Shown: positions 9,357 to 18,948, counted from the whole stretch's first letter. The stretch is 60,436 nt of DNA, filler included, from 5 parts of 5 records of this genome joined end to end with filler, not necessarily neighbours in it; one strand, 5' to 3'. Numbers and translations are program-made. The notes: generated by a model from the letters alone, not told the origin.

Positions 9357-11182
9357 TCTTCCGTGGCAGTAGGTTGGCCGGGGGCAGTTGGAATCGTTGG
9401 TCCAGCGGGGGCTGTCGGCTCCACTGTTGACGATGCATCTACGCTGCCGGCCGCAATGGTGCCCGTTAGAGCTTCAGCCGTCGCCGCATCGGTTGCATTG
9501 ATTGCTTCATCAGTGCTGCCTGCTTCGTTGGCGGCCTGGTCGGCTGACGAGATGCTGTTGGCGTTGTCGAAATCTGTAATCGTGAAATCTTGTCGGTTGA
9601 CGATCGGACTGGTACCCGTCTGCAACTCGGTCGTAATCTTGTACTTACCAGGCGGAAGTGGCCCAGGCATCCGGAACTCCAAGTCCTCGCTCTTGCCCGG
9701 CATCAACCACTTTCCGTATCCAGCCGAGACAATGAAGCGTTTCCCTGCCTCAGACACGACAACCAACCTCGAGTCGAGCGGAACGTGTACTGCACCGGTG
9801 TTTCTCACAAACGCCCGGAAAGCTGGCTTGCTGCCCGTGTCGACCCATCGTGCAGGTTCCAGTTCCAATTGCGGGGCTTCGGTATCGCCATACTGTATCG
9901 CAATCGGAATGCTGCCTGTCGTGTCCAATTCTCCACGCAGTGCCCGAGACGTAATGGCCATAGCTCCATAGCTAATAGCTTCGTCGAAGTCGCGGGTTCT
10001 TCGCAGCGAGATGCTCAGACGTCGGTTGCGACCTGGCGAAAGGGTGAATTCGCTGGGTTGTAGCATCAGCCCCTGAATTGGGCTGCCATCGGCGGTCAGA
10101 GGCTGGAGCATTATCGAACGTGCTTCGGACGAGTTGTTCTTGAACTCCATGCTCAATCGGCGATTGCCACCGCGAACCTGAGACAATTCAACTCGGGCTG
10201 GAGTTGTGTAAATTCCACCGCCGACGGACGCGATCTGCGCACTTTGAGCGGGGTAGTCTTTGGTGTTGGCCAGCACGGAGAAACTCTTCTTGTTGACTTC
10301 CCGTCCACTGACCAACATGGCCACTTCCATTTCGTACTCGCCATCCATCAGTGGTTCTGGCACAATCTCTTGCATCTGAATGGTGCTGCCCGGCAAGATC
10401 CTGGCGACGAAGCGTTCTTCGGTCTCCACACCTTGGCGGACCGGCATCACCAGCCGCACTGGTTTGAACGATCGATCGCTGGGCGAGCGTTTTAGCCGCG
10501 CCCGCATCTCGAATTCAAACGCCGTGTCGGTTGGATTGCGAATTCTTGTGGTCAGTCCTGGGAAACCGTTAGCTGTCGCGAGCTGGCCGTCTTCGATCAT
10601 CAGCGCTTCGGCTCTCTGACCGCGCGAACCCAGCACTTCGAGATCAATACGGAGGACGTATTGGGTGATAAAGTTGATGCCCGCCGAAGTGAGCGGTTGA
10701 CCCTCTTCGTCGAGTTGGTCGCCAGCGTTGCGTCGTGTGCCAAAGTCCTTGACCAGGACGCCGTATGAATGAAACGCAGCGTTGCTACTGGGGACGCGGA
10801 CGATACCTTCAATGATGTGCGGCTGATCACGCAGAATAGTGTAACGTCCGGGATTGACCAACTGAATTACACCGTCATCAACGGTGGTTTCGTCGTGGAG
10901 AATCTGACCGGAGATCTCTTGCCGAAGCCCCACCAGGGAGACTTCGATATCAGCCTCTTTGTTCTTTGGCGTGACTTGAAACTGAAACTGCAGCACATCG
11001 CCCCGTCGGCCTTGGATGCGGTGCACCAGCGGTTCAATACTGAAGGCCGGTTCAAAAGTCTGGGTGACGCTCACCTTCCGCTGACCAAATGCGACTGAGC
11101 CAAGGGTGCTCAAAATGCAAATGGTTGCGACGAGAATTGTGGTAGAGTTTTTACGTAGCATGGGGGCTGCCTGATTCCGCAT
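9353..11182 (-). CDS. Secreted protein with two tandem pilus-chaperone-like (PapD/EcpB-like Ig-fold) modules
   Basis: Signal peptide; module 1 FSIEPLVH..RVP..YVLRIDLEV plus RIRNP..ILPG..GEYEMEV; module 2 TPARVEL..PSEFTLSPG..IPIAIQ plus VRNTGAVH..LMPG..PGKYKI; start overlaps the secretin stop (TAATG). Confidence 0.6.
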   Translation of the reverse strand: MRNQAAPMLRKNSTTILVATICILSTLGSVAFGQRKVSVTQTFEPAFSIEPLVHRIQGRRGDVLQFQFQVTPKNKEADIEVSLVGLRQEISGQILHDETTVDDGVIQLVNPGRYTILRDQPHIIEGIVRVPSSNAAFHSYGVLVKDFGTRRNAGDQLDEEGQPLTSAGINFITQYVLRIDLEVLGSRGQRAEALMIEDGQLATANGFPGLTTRIRNPTDTAFEFEMRARLKRSPSDRSFKPVRLVMPVRQGVETEERFVARILPGSTIQMQEIVPEPLMDGEYEMEVAMLVSGREVNKKSFSVLANTKDYPAQSAQIASVGGGIYTTPARVELSQVRGGNRRLSMEFKNNSSEARSIMLQPLTADGSPIQGLMLQPSEFTLSPGRNRRLSISLRRTRDFDEAISYGAMAITSRALRGELDTTGSIPIAIQYGDTEAPQLELEPARWVDTGSKPAFRAFVRNTGAVHVPLDSRLVVVSEAGKRFIVSAGYGKWLMPGKSEDLEFRMPGPLPPGKYKITTELQTGTSPIVNRQDFTITDFDNANSISSADQAANEAGSTDEAINATDAATAEALTGTIAAGSVDASSTVEPTAPAGPTIPTAPGQPTATEE

Positions 11183-12774
11183 TATTGATACGGGACAATT
11201 CTTGGCGAGATGAAAATCGCCACTTCAGCATCCTGCTCTTGTTTCTCGATTGTCCGGAAAAAGGTGCCGATCAGGGGGAGTGATCCCAGGAAAGGCACTT
11301 TGTTGACTCGATCGACGGTCTGTCGTTGAATTAATCCGCCGATCACGATTGTGTGTCCGTCGCGGACGTCCACCTTTGTCGATACCTGGCGGCGGTTAAT
11401 AATAGGATACGGATTGTTGTTTAGCGCTGGATTCGATCCATTTGAGCGTATGTCTTCACTCACCTCGGCGCGTTCTATTTCGACGCTAACGATATCACCG
11501 CGTATGCGGGGAATGATCTCCAAAGTGATGCCAGCATCGACCTTCTGAACATCTTGCCGAAAGAGCACATTCGAAGCAGTTGGTTGTAGTGAGAAGAACG
11601 TCTCACGTGCGATTGAAATGGAAGCCTTCTCACCGTCTTTGGCCGTTACACTAGGCTGTGCCCGGATCGTAACATAGCCCTCCTGCGAAAGCAGTTTTAC
11701 GAAAGCGCTCGTGACGGCAAACTCATTGAAGGCATTGTTCAGGCCGTAGGGACTGGCCGATGCACTCAGTGACAGTCCACTCAATCCGACGTTGACCTGA
11801 TTAGTGTCATCCAGTGAAAGTACATGGTTCCAATCCATGCCGAATTGGAAACCACTATCGGGCGAAGTTACACAAACGATCGCTTCGAGCACGACCTGCT
11901 GAACGGGTCGATCAAGATGCTGGAGCCGCTGAAGGATATCTGCGGCAATCTGCTCCGGTGCATCGATAACAATTAAGTTTCGTTCGTCAGATACTTGGTA
12001 AAAATCAACGTAACGCGCCGGCAGCAATTCAACCAACTTGGTCGGCAAATGCGAATTCGGTACATACTGCCGATTCGTGGACACGTACCGAAACAACGCG
12101 GCATCTGGATCGGGAGGAGAAACGACGTAAGTGCCTTCGTGTTTTGCATAGACATAACCTAGAGGCAACAGCACCTGTTTGAGGGCTTCTTCGAAAGTCG
12201 CGTTTTCGATCTCCATTGTGATAACGCCACCAACCGTGTCGTCGACCACGACCTTATCGCCCGTCGTCTCGGCCAGGATCTCGATTGCTTCGCGGACATC
12301 GGTAAGATCGAAATATTCGCTTACGCGTATGCCATCGCTCTGATCTGGCAGAGGCAACGCTTCCTGGATAACTGGTTCGGTAGCAGAAGCAAAACCGACC
12401 AAGGGCAGAGGGCTGATGTTCGATTCGTCGAGCTTGACTTGGTCTAGGATCTCGACGGCATCGAAGCTCTCCATGGTGCCCGGAGCTTCAATCGCAAGCG
12501 GCTCGGCTATGCTATCGGTGATGTTATCGGCTCCGGTCTCGATACGTTCTGGAGCATCGGAGAGCGTGGCGGTCGCGTGGCCATCGGTGGCGAGTCGGGT
12601 TGTCGTTGTCATGATGCTGCCGGAGTGGACCGCCGGGCGTGCGACATGAACGGCATCTTGATATAGGTCTGCAATACTCCGCCGCTCGATCTGCGCATTC
12701 TGCGCACAGCCGACCATGGTCAGCGCAACTGCCAGGAGTGCAGTTTCTTGAATGCGTGCAGAAGTTGGCAACAT
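11182..12774 (-). CDS. Outer-membrane secretin (GspD/PilQ superfamily), probable lipoprotein
   Basis: STN-like N0 domain (DVREAIEILA), N3 (DERNLIVID..LDRPVQQVVLEA), AQPSVTAKDGEKASI, DAGITLEIIP, VRDGHTIVIGGLI..KVPFLGSLPLIGTFFR..IFISPRIV; lipobox MVGC. Confidence 0.9.
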   Translation of the reverse strand: MLPTSARIQETALLAVALTMVGCAQNAQIERRSIADLYQDAVHVARPAVHSGSIMTTTTRLATDGHATATLSDAPERIETGADNITDSIAEPLAIEAPGTMESFDAVEILDQVKLDESNISPLPLVGFASATEPVIQEALPLPDQSDGIRVSEYFDLTDVREAIEILAETTGDKVVVDDTVGGVITMEIENATFEEALKQVLLPLGYVYAKHEGTYVVSPPDPDAALFRYVSTNRQYVPNSHLPTKLVELLPARYVDFYQVSDERNLIVIDAPEQIAADILQRLQHLDRPVQQVVLEAIVCVTSPDSGFQFGMDWNHVLSLDDTNQVNVGLSGLSLSASASPYGLNNAFNEFAVTSAFVKLLSQEGYVTIRAQPSVTAKDGEKASISIARETFFSLQPTASNVLFRQDVQKVDAGITLEIIPRIRGDIVSVEIERAEVSEDIRSNGSNPALNNNPYPIINRRQVSTKVDVRDGHTIVIGGLIQRQTVDRVNKVPFLGSLPLIGTFFRTIEKQEQDAEVAIFISPRIVPYQ

Positions 12775-13516
12775 GAAGGGGAATCTACGAAGTGCGGCTT
12801 GCAAAGGACCACTGCACAATCACCAGAAGCGTTCAAGAGAACCTGTCACGCAATGACACACTACGCTTGGGGGCTTCTTGGTTGCCGATCATGATGCAGT
12901 TGCCGCTTAAGCAGGCTGAAACCGGATTCATTGTCTCGGTTCCGTTTCGCCGAATAGCTCAGCAGCGGGGCAACTCTTCGTATAACCGCAAAATGCAAGT
13001 GGTGACAATAGCAGCTATTGCGGGGGATTTTTGCGCTGGATTTCTGCGCTAGTGTTTGCAAATCTCGGCCAGCCCAAAAGTGCACGAAGCGCGCCGTGGC
13101 TGATTGATAGCATTTTCGTGCGACGCTTGATCGCGATCAGTGATTGCACAAACTGCGAAGCTGGGGAAAACCAACGCGACTCGCCCTCGAATCGGGTTGA
13201 ACGTACCGCATGATAGCAGCACTCGTTGGGTAGGAACCGTGGGTTCGAATTGCCTTTCCGCAGATCCGAAGATCTTGTGTATTGTTTGCCAGCAATTGGG
13301 CGAGATTGCGGGACTTGTTTGCCTGCAATCAATCCTCGGCGGCGGAGAGGAACAGATAAGCACTGTGAGCTCACTGCATCCGAGGACTGGTTGCGCTGGC
13401 GGTGTTTGGTTTGCGAGCAGACCTGGATCGGCTGGCAAGTTAAACGGGCGATGCCTGTGCGATGCTGGGACGACCCCAGGTGCAAAGACCTGCCGCGTGA
13501 CGAACGACTAGCTGTT

Positions 13517-14038
13517 CTAGTTGGCTGCAACGGTACCGACAACGGTCATGTCATAGTCGCCCGCAGCAAAGACACCAAACTCTTCAGTGATGAAGCTCAC
13601 CGTCAGGTCAATATTGGCACGGCCAACGCCGTTGCTAGACGCAGTAACTTGTGCAACTGGATCGTTGTTGACATAGTCAGTCTGGTCGGTCGCGGTGCCG
13701 ATGTTCCAAGTAGCAGGACCTTGTGTGGTGCCGAGTGCAATAGCTAGGCCAGCGTCACGTTGGAAGTTACCGCTGGAGTGCTTGAAAACGTCTTGAGTTG
13801 CGAAAGTGACCGTCAATCCGTTCGACGCATTTCCTTTCACGACCCAAGTCTGAGCAGGGAAAAGGTTGTCAGCATCTGTCTCATCGTGCACAATCTGAGC
13901 CGCTCCAGGTGCAACGATACTCAAACCGGTGGGTACAACAACTCGGAAACCCTGAGAGTCGTTTTGGGCAAAGCCAGTGCCTGATAGTAGCGAGAATGCA
14001 GCGACCGTGGCGGTGATAGTTAGGATTCGATTGATCAT
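13517..14038 (-). CDS. Small secreted beta-rich protein, chaperone-usher-like pilin subunit
   Basis: Sec signal (..GTGFA), N-terminal alternating strand FRVVVP, C-terminal AAGDYDMTVVGTVAAN resembling the pilin G-x-Y-x-x-T-V terminal strand; GGAG RBS. Confidence 0.6.
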   Translation of the reverse strand: MINRILTITATVAAFSLLSGTGFAQNDSQGFRVVVPTGLSIVAPGAAQIVHDETDADNLFPAQTWVVKGNASNGLTVTFATQDVFKHSSGNFQRDAGLAIALGTTQGPATWNIGTATDQTDYVNNDPVAQVTASSNGVGRANIDLTVSFITEEFGVFAAGDYDMTVVGTVAAN

Positions 14039-14309
14039 GTTGGGGGACTCCAAACAAATTTAATCTGTGGGGGGCAAACTCGTGAAGCAGGGCCCTCGCC
14101 TCACGTCAAAAACTTAGGCCACTAACGCACCGGAATGTCGACCACATGGCGAGAAATGAGCCATAAATCGAGTCGAAAACTGGATTTCTTGTGGGTTTCC
14201 CCCCGGCGTTAGGTACACCAAGTTTCACACTGAGTAGAGGCATGCTCAAGCTGAAGCGCCAGGGCAATGCACAAAATGAAGCGCCAGGGAGAAAGAATGC
14301 ACCGAGTTG

Positions 14310-15035
14310 CTATTTTGAAGCCTCGGGGCGCGTCAATTTGCACTCGAAGACTCGGATCGTTACACGCTCATCTCCAAGATCAACATCGTGCTCGTTGACT
14401 TCCCAAGGCTGCTTGGCAATAAAACGAGCGAAGTAGTCACCGGTGTGACGATGTGGTTCGCTCAGCAGCAGCGTCCCACCCGGTGCCAAGTGCTTCTCGG
14501 CGCACGACAACAGAGACTCAAACAGTGAAATATCGTAGACAAGATCACTGCCCAATATGTATGGAAACTTCCGATCCAAGGTATCCTTGGACCAGTGCAG
14601 TTTCTCAAACCTGATTCGCGACCGAACCGGAAATGCGTTCAATTCCGCTACTTTCAGCGCCAACGGGACCGCATCGGTCATCGTGACGCGGCCACCTCGG
14701 GTCGCCGCGCCCACGCCAGCTTGCCCGGACCCACAGCCCAACTCCAAGAATTCGACATCCTTGCAGTCGAGTCGCTCGAGGTAACGGTCCAACCCAATGG
14801 CCGCTCGCCACGTTGCCGCCCAAAACGGATCCAGCTCTGCGATCTCCGTGTCGCCTGACTCCGCAGATGCCATCGCCGCCTGGTCCAGCAACTCGCTTCC
14901 GTCGCGAACGCGATACCACGCAAATTCCTTGCCACCCAGCTCAACGGGAATCGTCGTCAAACGGACGATGTCGGTTACTTCCCGAAGCAACTCTCGGTGC
15001 CGCAGCATCGATTTAGTACTCGTTTTCTGCGGCAT
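14310..15035 (-). CDS. Class I SAM-dependent methyltransferase, METTL21/family-16-like
   Basis: DPFWAATWRAAIGL, LELGCGSG, MTD, ILGSDLVYD motifs. Confidence 0.85.
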   Translation of the reverse strand: MPQKTSTKSMLRHRELLREVTDIVRLTTIPVELGGKEFAWYRVRDGSELLDQAAMASAESGDTEIAELDPFWAATWRAAIGLDRYLERLDCKDVEFLELGCGSGQAGVGAATRGGRVTMTDAVPLALKVAELNAFPVRSRIRFEKLHWSKDTLDRKFPYILGSDLVYDISLFESLLSCAEKHLAPGGTLLLSEPHRHTGDYFARFIAKQPWEVNEHDVDLGDERVTIRVFECKLTRPEASK

Positions 15036-15227
15036 TGAGTTCCTTGGTTTGCTGTGCGGCATCACTCTAGCTGGTTTTCACTGGGGCAGTATCATCCACC
15101 ATCGGGGAGAATTTCTGTCGGGCAGTATTGCTGTCGCCCCAGTCAATCCCGTCTTGTTGCCGTTGGACTGTTGTTGGCAATCGGGCGTCGCACCAAAGTC
15201 TTGCCAGCAACTTGCCAGTCGAATTAC

Positions 15228-16598
15228 TTAGTCATTGTCGGCCGCTGTAGATTCCAGTAGGGATTCAACCTCGGATGACTGAGGACCGGAATTCGTCGGC
15301 TCTTCCTCAGATTCGACAACGAAGTCGCCCATGATACCAACTAGGTCAATGTCTTCAAATTCGCGATGCGAGCGCTCGAAAGGAATTTCCTCCAATAGAC
15401 TAAGTGAATCGAGTAGTTCACGTCGCTCTTGAATATTCAATTGATTGGCGAACTCGCGAGCTCGTTCCTCGTCGAAACCGACCAGCCAATGGCGATGCTT
15501 CATAATCAACAGTTCATCTGCACCATCAAGCAGGATGTCGCTGACCCAGATCGGCGGAGCAGCCTTGTGAACCGTGCGGATCATTTCGTCAATGTTCGAG
15601 ACGCGGCCTCTACGACGTGGCGGTGGATCCCACGACTCAGGAAATGCCGCTCTTGATTCACTCTGAACCATGTACTGAATCGCTTCGCTCAACTCATCGT
15701 TCTTGATCAGTCGTTCAACTTCTGCGGCGCGGTACATCTTTGGCTGGAAATACGCGATCCCACCGAATAGACACGCGAAGACAACGCCTGCCAAAGCCCA
15801 AAGTCTCCAATGAATGATGACTCGTCTTTCCATAGCCTGCAGTTCGGGAAGTGCACGGTATTCAGCGCCAAAGCGGTAGGCCAAATAGGCCAACGAGACG
15901 GCGACGGATATTCCCAGTGTCCAAACTGAAATACCGACAACTGCATCCGAGAACCGCGTCACCGCTTGTTCCGCAGCAGTTTGACGAATGCCACCCATGA
16001 TGCCTACCAAACTAATTTGCTGCTGGATAAGGCCGCCGATTGCCACGATTGTGCAAGGGATCAGAATCCAAGCCAGCGATATGATCATCGGTCTTCCGTA
16101 GCGAACGGAAACAAATCTCGAGAACAATAAGACACGCCAAACAGAGACTATGCTCAGTAAAGTGAGATTGGCGACGACAGCCGTATACTCGCTAAACAGT
16201 GTTTCAACAGGGATTGCGTACAACCACGCTAGTGGCGCTGTGAGCCAATATCCGGCAAGAAAAATAACATAGTCGCCAGTGGTGAATTTTTCTGGTGCAA
16301 CCATCTTCTGTCTGGGCAACATCGCCAGCCAAACAAATAGAAACGTTGCCAGAATGATGCTGGCGGCGAAGGGGGCCAACAGGTCTTGGGGGCTATGCCA
16401 CAAGCTAACGGCGTCATACTCCCGGCTGAATGCAGCCGTGGCAACCAACACTGCTCCGAAAACGAGTGGACGACGACAGTGGATAAGTTTCTCGATCGCC
16501 CGGCGACTCCCGAATAGAAATCCGACCAGGTCCCGGGGCCCGAACATCTCCTCTGACTTGTCTTCGCTCGCCTCAGTTGTTTCTGCCTGTTCGCCCAC
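15228..16598 (-). CDS. Hypothetical multi-pass membrane protein with a soluble C-terminal domain
   Basis: About 8 hydrophobic segments in a 456-codon ORF. Confidence 0.7.
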   Translation of the reverse strand: MGEQAETTEASEDKSEEMFGPRDLVGFLFGSRRAIEKLIHCRRPLVFGAVLVATAAFSREYDAVSLWHSPQDLLAPFAASIILATFLFVWLAMLPRQKMVAPEKFTTGDYVIFLAGYWLTAPLAWLYAIPVETLFSEYTAVVANLTLLSIVSVWRVLLFSRFVSVRYGRPMIISLAWILIPCTIVAIGGLIQQQISLVGIMGGIRQTAAEQAVTRFSDAVVGISVWTLGISVAVSLAYLAYRFGAEYRALPELQAMERRVIIHWRLWALAGVVFACLFGGIAYFQPKMYRAAEVERLIKNDELSEAIQYMVQSESRAAFPESWDPPPRRRGRVSNIDEMIRTVHKAAPPIWVSDILLDGADELLIMKHRHWLVGFDEERAREFANQLNIQERRELLDSLSLLEEIPFERSHREFEDIDLVGIMGDFVVESEEEPTNSGPQSSEVESLLESTAADND

Positions 16599-17093
16599 CT
16601 GTCTGGCCGCTTATATTAGAGCCGTGCACGCCCGCCCTCAATTGTTCGACCATTTGAGCCATAGAAGTTGGACAAGTCAAACACCCGCATCGCATTCTGA
16701 TCGACACTCCGCAGCTCCTCGCTCCGCAGTTCCTCCCCGGGCTTGGCCTCAGCAAACAGGGGCCAACCATCGTTTCGACCCGGTGTTGTTTGCAATCGGT
16801 CGAATCTCAGGCCCCGATATCATCCGCGCTCAAAGCAACTCAGTTTCGCACCGTTTGCTTCAAGGTGAACACGCGAACTCTCAGCCATCTTCCCGGTGAA
16901 CACCACGCGTTACTTTCCTGGTGAACACCACGCCACGCGCGACACCCAGAGTGTCTTAAACATCGACTCGTGCTCCACAAGTTATCGACCGCCTCGGCTC
17001 CTCCCCTGCCCCCTGGAAGGACCATTGCCCACTACTGCAAACATGTGAACAATACTGACTTCCGCCTGTTTATCAGACAGGCTGTCTGATAAA

Positions 17094-17193
17094 NNNNNNN
17101 NNNNNNNNNNNNNNNNNNNNNNNNNNNNNNNNNNNNNTTAATTAATTAANNNNNNNNNNNNNNNNNNNNNNNNNNNNNNNNNNNNNNNNNNNN
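17094..17193. other. Artificial contig junction (N-run, TTAATTAATTAA, N-run)
   Basis: Linker with stops in all frames; genes truncated at either side. Confidence 0.98.
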
Positions 17194-17221
17194 AATCACC
17201 ATGTACATCGCCAACCGTTAA
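17194..17221 (+). CDS. pqqA: PQQ precursor peptide PqqA, 3' end (partial)
   Basis: a atc acc atg tac atc gcc aac cgt taa = (E)ITMYIANR*, the PqqA ExxxY C-terminus, directly upstream of pqqB; absent from the ORF track. Confidence 0.9.
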
Positions 17222-17236
17222 TTTGACGGTTCGCAC

Positions 17237-17273
17237 AGCCCCGGATAGCCTTTCGGCTGGCGGGGCTTTTTTT
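17237..17273 (+). terminator. Hairpin plus U-tract between pqqA and pqqB
   Basis: agccccg..agcc tttc ggct..cggggct followed by a T-run. Confidence 0.75.
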
Positions 17274-17293
17274 ACCCCTGAAAAAAAGCAACT

Positions 17294-18226
17294 ATGAAAA
17301 TCAAAGTTCTGGGTTCCGCAGCAGGCGGAGGGTTCCCACAATGGAACTGTAACTGCAACAACTGCCAAGCTGTCAGGGCCAGAGCGCCTGGATACACTGC
17401 GCGCACCCAGTCGTCGATTGCCATATCGGACGGGTCGGCCAACTGGATTCTCGTGAACGCGTCGCCCGATATTCTTGCGCAAATCAAAAATACCCCAGAG
17501 TTACAACCCAATAGAGGACCACGCGACACCGGTATTTCTGCCGTCATTTTGATGGACGCGCAAATTGACCACACCACTGGCCTGTTGATGATGCGTGAAG
17601 GCAAAACACCCATGCGCCTTTACACCACACCCGCAGTGTGGGAAGACCTCACCAATGGTTTGCCCTTGGTACCCACTTTGGGATTTTATTGCGGCGTGAA
17701 ATGGACACCTTTGTGTACCGAATGCGACGACCCCCTCACCATCAGCCCGATGGACAGCATCAAGATCAAATCAATTCCATTGATCAGCAAAGCGCCGCCC
17801 TATTCGCCGAACCGATATGCGCAACGCCGTGGCGACAACATTGGCTTGCTGATCGAAGACATCAACACGGGCAAGAAGGTTTTTTATGCGCCGGGCCTCG
17901 GAGAAATTACGCCCGATATTCTGCCCTACATGCAACAAGCTGACGTGTTGATGGTGGACGGCACGTTCTGGACCGAAGACGAAATGGTCACACAGGGTTT
18001 CTCAACAAAAATGGCAGCCGATATGGGCCACCTGCCGCAAACCGACAAACCAGGCAAGCGTGGTTCAGGCATGATCAGTCAGCTTCGCCAATTCGAGCAC
18101 CAGCGCAAAATCCTGATTCACATCAACAACACCAACCCGATTTTGTACGAGCATGGCGACGAACGCGCCATTCTGGCCGACAATGGAATTGAAGTGTCTT
18201 ATGACGGCATGGAGATTCTTGCATGA
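17294..18226 (+). CDS. pqqB: PQQ biosynthesis protein PqqB
   Basis: [41 protein letters not shown]. Confidence 0.97.
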   Translation: MKIKVLGSAAGGGFPQWNCNCNNCQAVRARAPGYTARTQSSIAISDGSANWILVNASPDILAQIKNTPELQPNRGPRDTGISAVILMDAQIDHTTGLLMMREGKTPMRLYTTPAVWEDLTNGLPLVPTLGFYCGVKWTPLCTECDDPLTISPMDSIKIKSIPLISKAPPYSPNRYAQRRGDNIGLLIEDINTGKKVFYAPGLGEITPDILPYMQQADVLMVDGTFWTEDEMVTQGFSTKMAADMGHLPQTDKPGKRGSGMISQLRQFEHQRKILIHINNTNPILYEHGDERAILADNGIEVSYDGMEILA

Positions 18227-18948
18227 GCAGCAACAAGGCGTGGAGTAAAAAAGAGTTCGAAGAACGTCTGCGTGCCAAAGGCGACCGCTACCACATACAC
18301 CACCCTTTCAATGTGGCCATGCGTGAAGGCAAATTAAGCCGTGAACAATTGCGTGGTTGGGTGGCCAACCGCTTTTATTACCAGGTTTGCATTCCGCAAA
18401 AAGACGCCGCTGTGATGGCCAACTGCGACGACCGTGAAACCCGCCGCCGTTGGGTACAACGTATTCTTGACCACGATGGTTGGGAGGGCAATGCCGGTGG
18501 TATAGAGGCATGGAGCCGCCTGGGCGAAGCCGTGGGCATTGAGAGGGATGTACTGTGGAGCCAGCAACTGGTGTTGCCAGGTGTCCGTTTTGCGGTGGAC
18601 GCCTACGTGAATTTCGCGCGCCGTGCGCCATGGCAAGAGGCGGTGTGCTCGTCGCTGACCGAGATGTTCGCCCCTGAAATTCACAAACAGCGCCTGAGCA
18701 ATTGGCCCAAAGATTACAAATGGGTTGCTTCCGAGGGGTTGAATTACTTCCGCTCGAGAATCAGCCTTGCACAACGCGATGTGGAGCACGGACTGGAAGT
18801 GACCTTGAATTATTTCAAGACCCGCGCGCAACAGGAACGTGCGCTTGAAATTCTTCAATTTAAACTGGATGTATTGTGGAGTATGTCCGACGCGATCGCG
18901 TTGGCTTACCCCGACAAACCCGCCAAAACAAAACAGAAAAAACAATGA
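18223..18948 (+). CDS. pqqC: PQQ synthase PqqC
   Basis: [32 protein letters not shown]. Confidence 0.97.
   Translation: MSSNKAWSKKEFEERLRAKGDRYHIHHPFNVAMREGKLSREQLRGWVANRFYYQVCIPQKDAAVMANCDDRETRRRWVQRILDHDGWEGNAGGIEAWSRLGEAVGIERDVLWSQQLVLPGVRFAVDAYVNFARRAPWQEAVCSSLTEMFAPEIHKQRLSNWPKDYKWVASEGLNYFRSRISLAQRDVEHGLEVTLNYFKTRAQQERALEILQFKLDVLWSMSDAIALAYPDKPAKTKQKKQ

Noticed and set aside
13240-13335. c-di-GMP-I riboswitch suggested by GGCAAAC on the minus strand
   Set aside because: The required GAAA-capped P2 stem and GCAAA..CTAA elements could not be matched; kept only as a direct repeat.
13015-13542. ORFs in the pilin-secretin spacer as a second pilin
   Set aside because: No signal peptide, Arg/Ser/Cys-rich random composition, no pilin C-terminal motif.
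17138-17149. TTAATTAATTAA palindrome recurring four times
   Set aside because: Artificial contig linker inside N-runs, not biological; no cross-contig gene associations were used.
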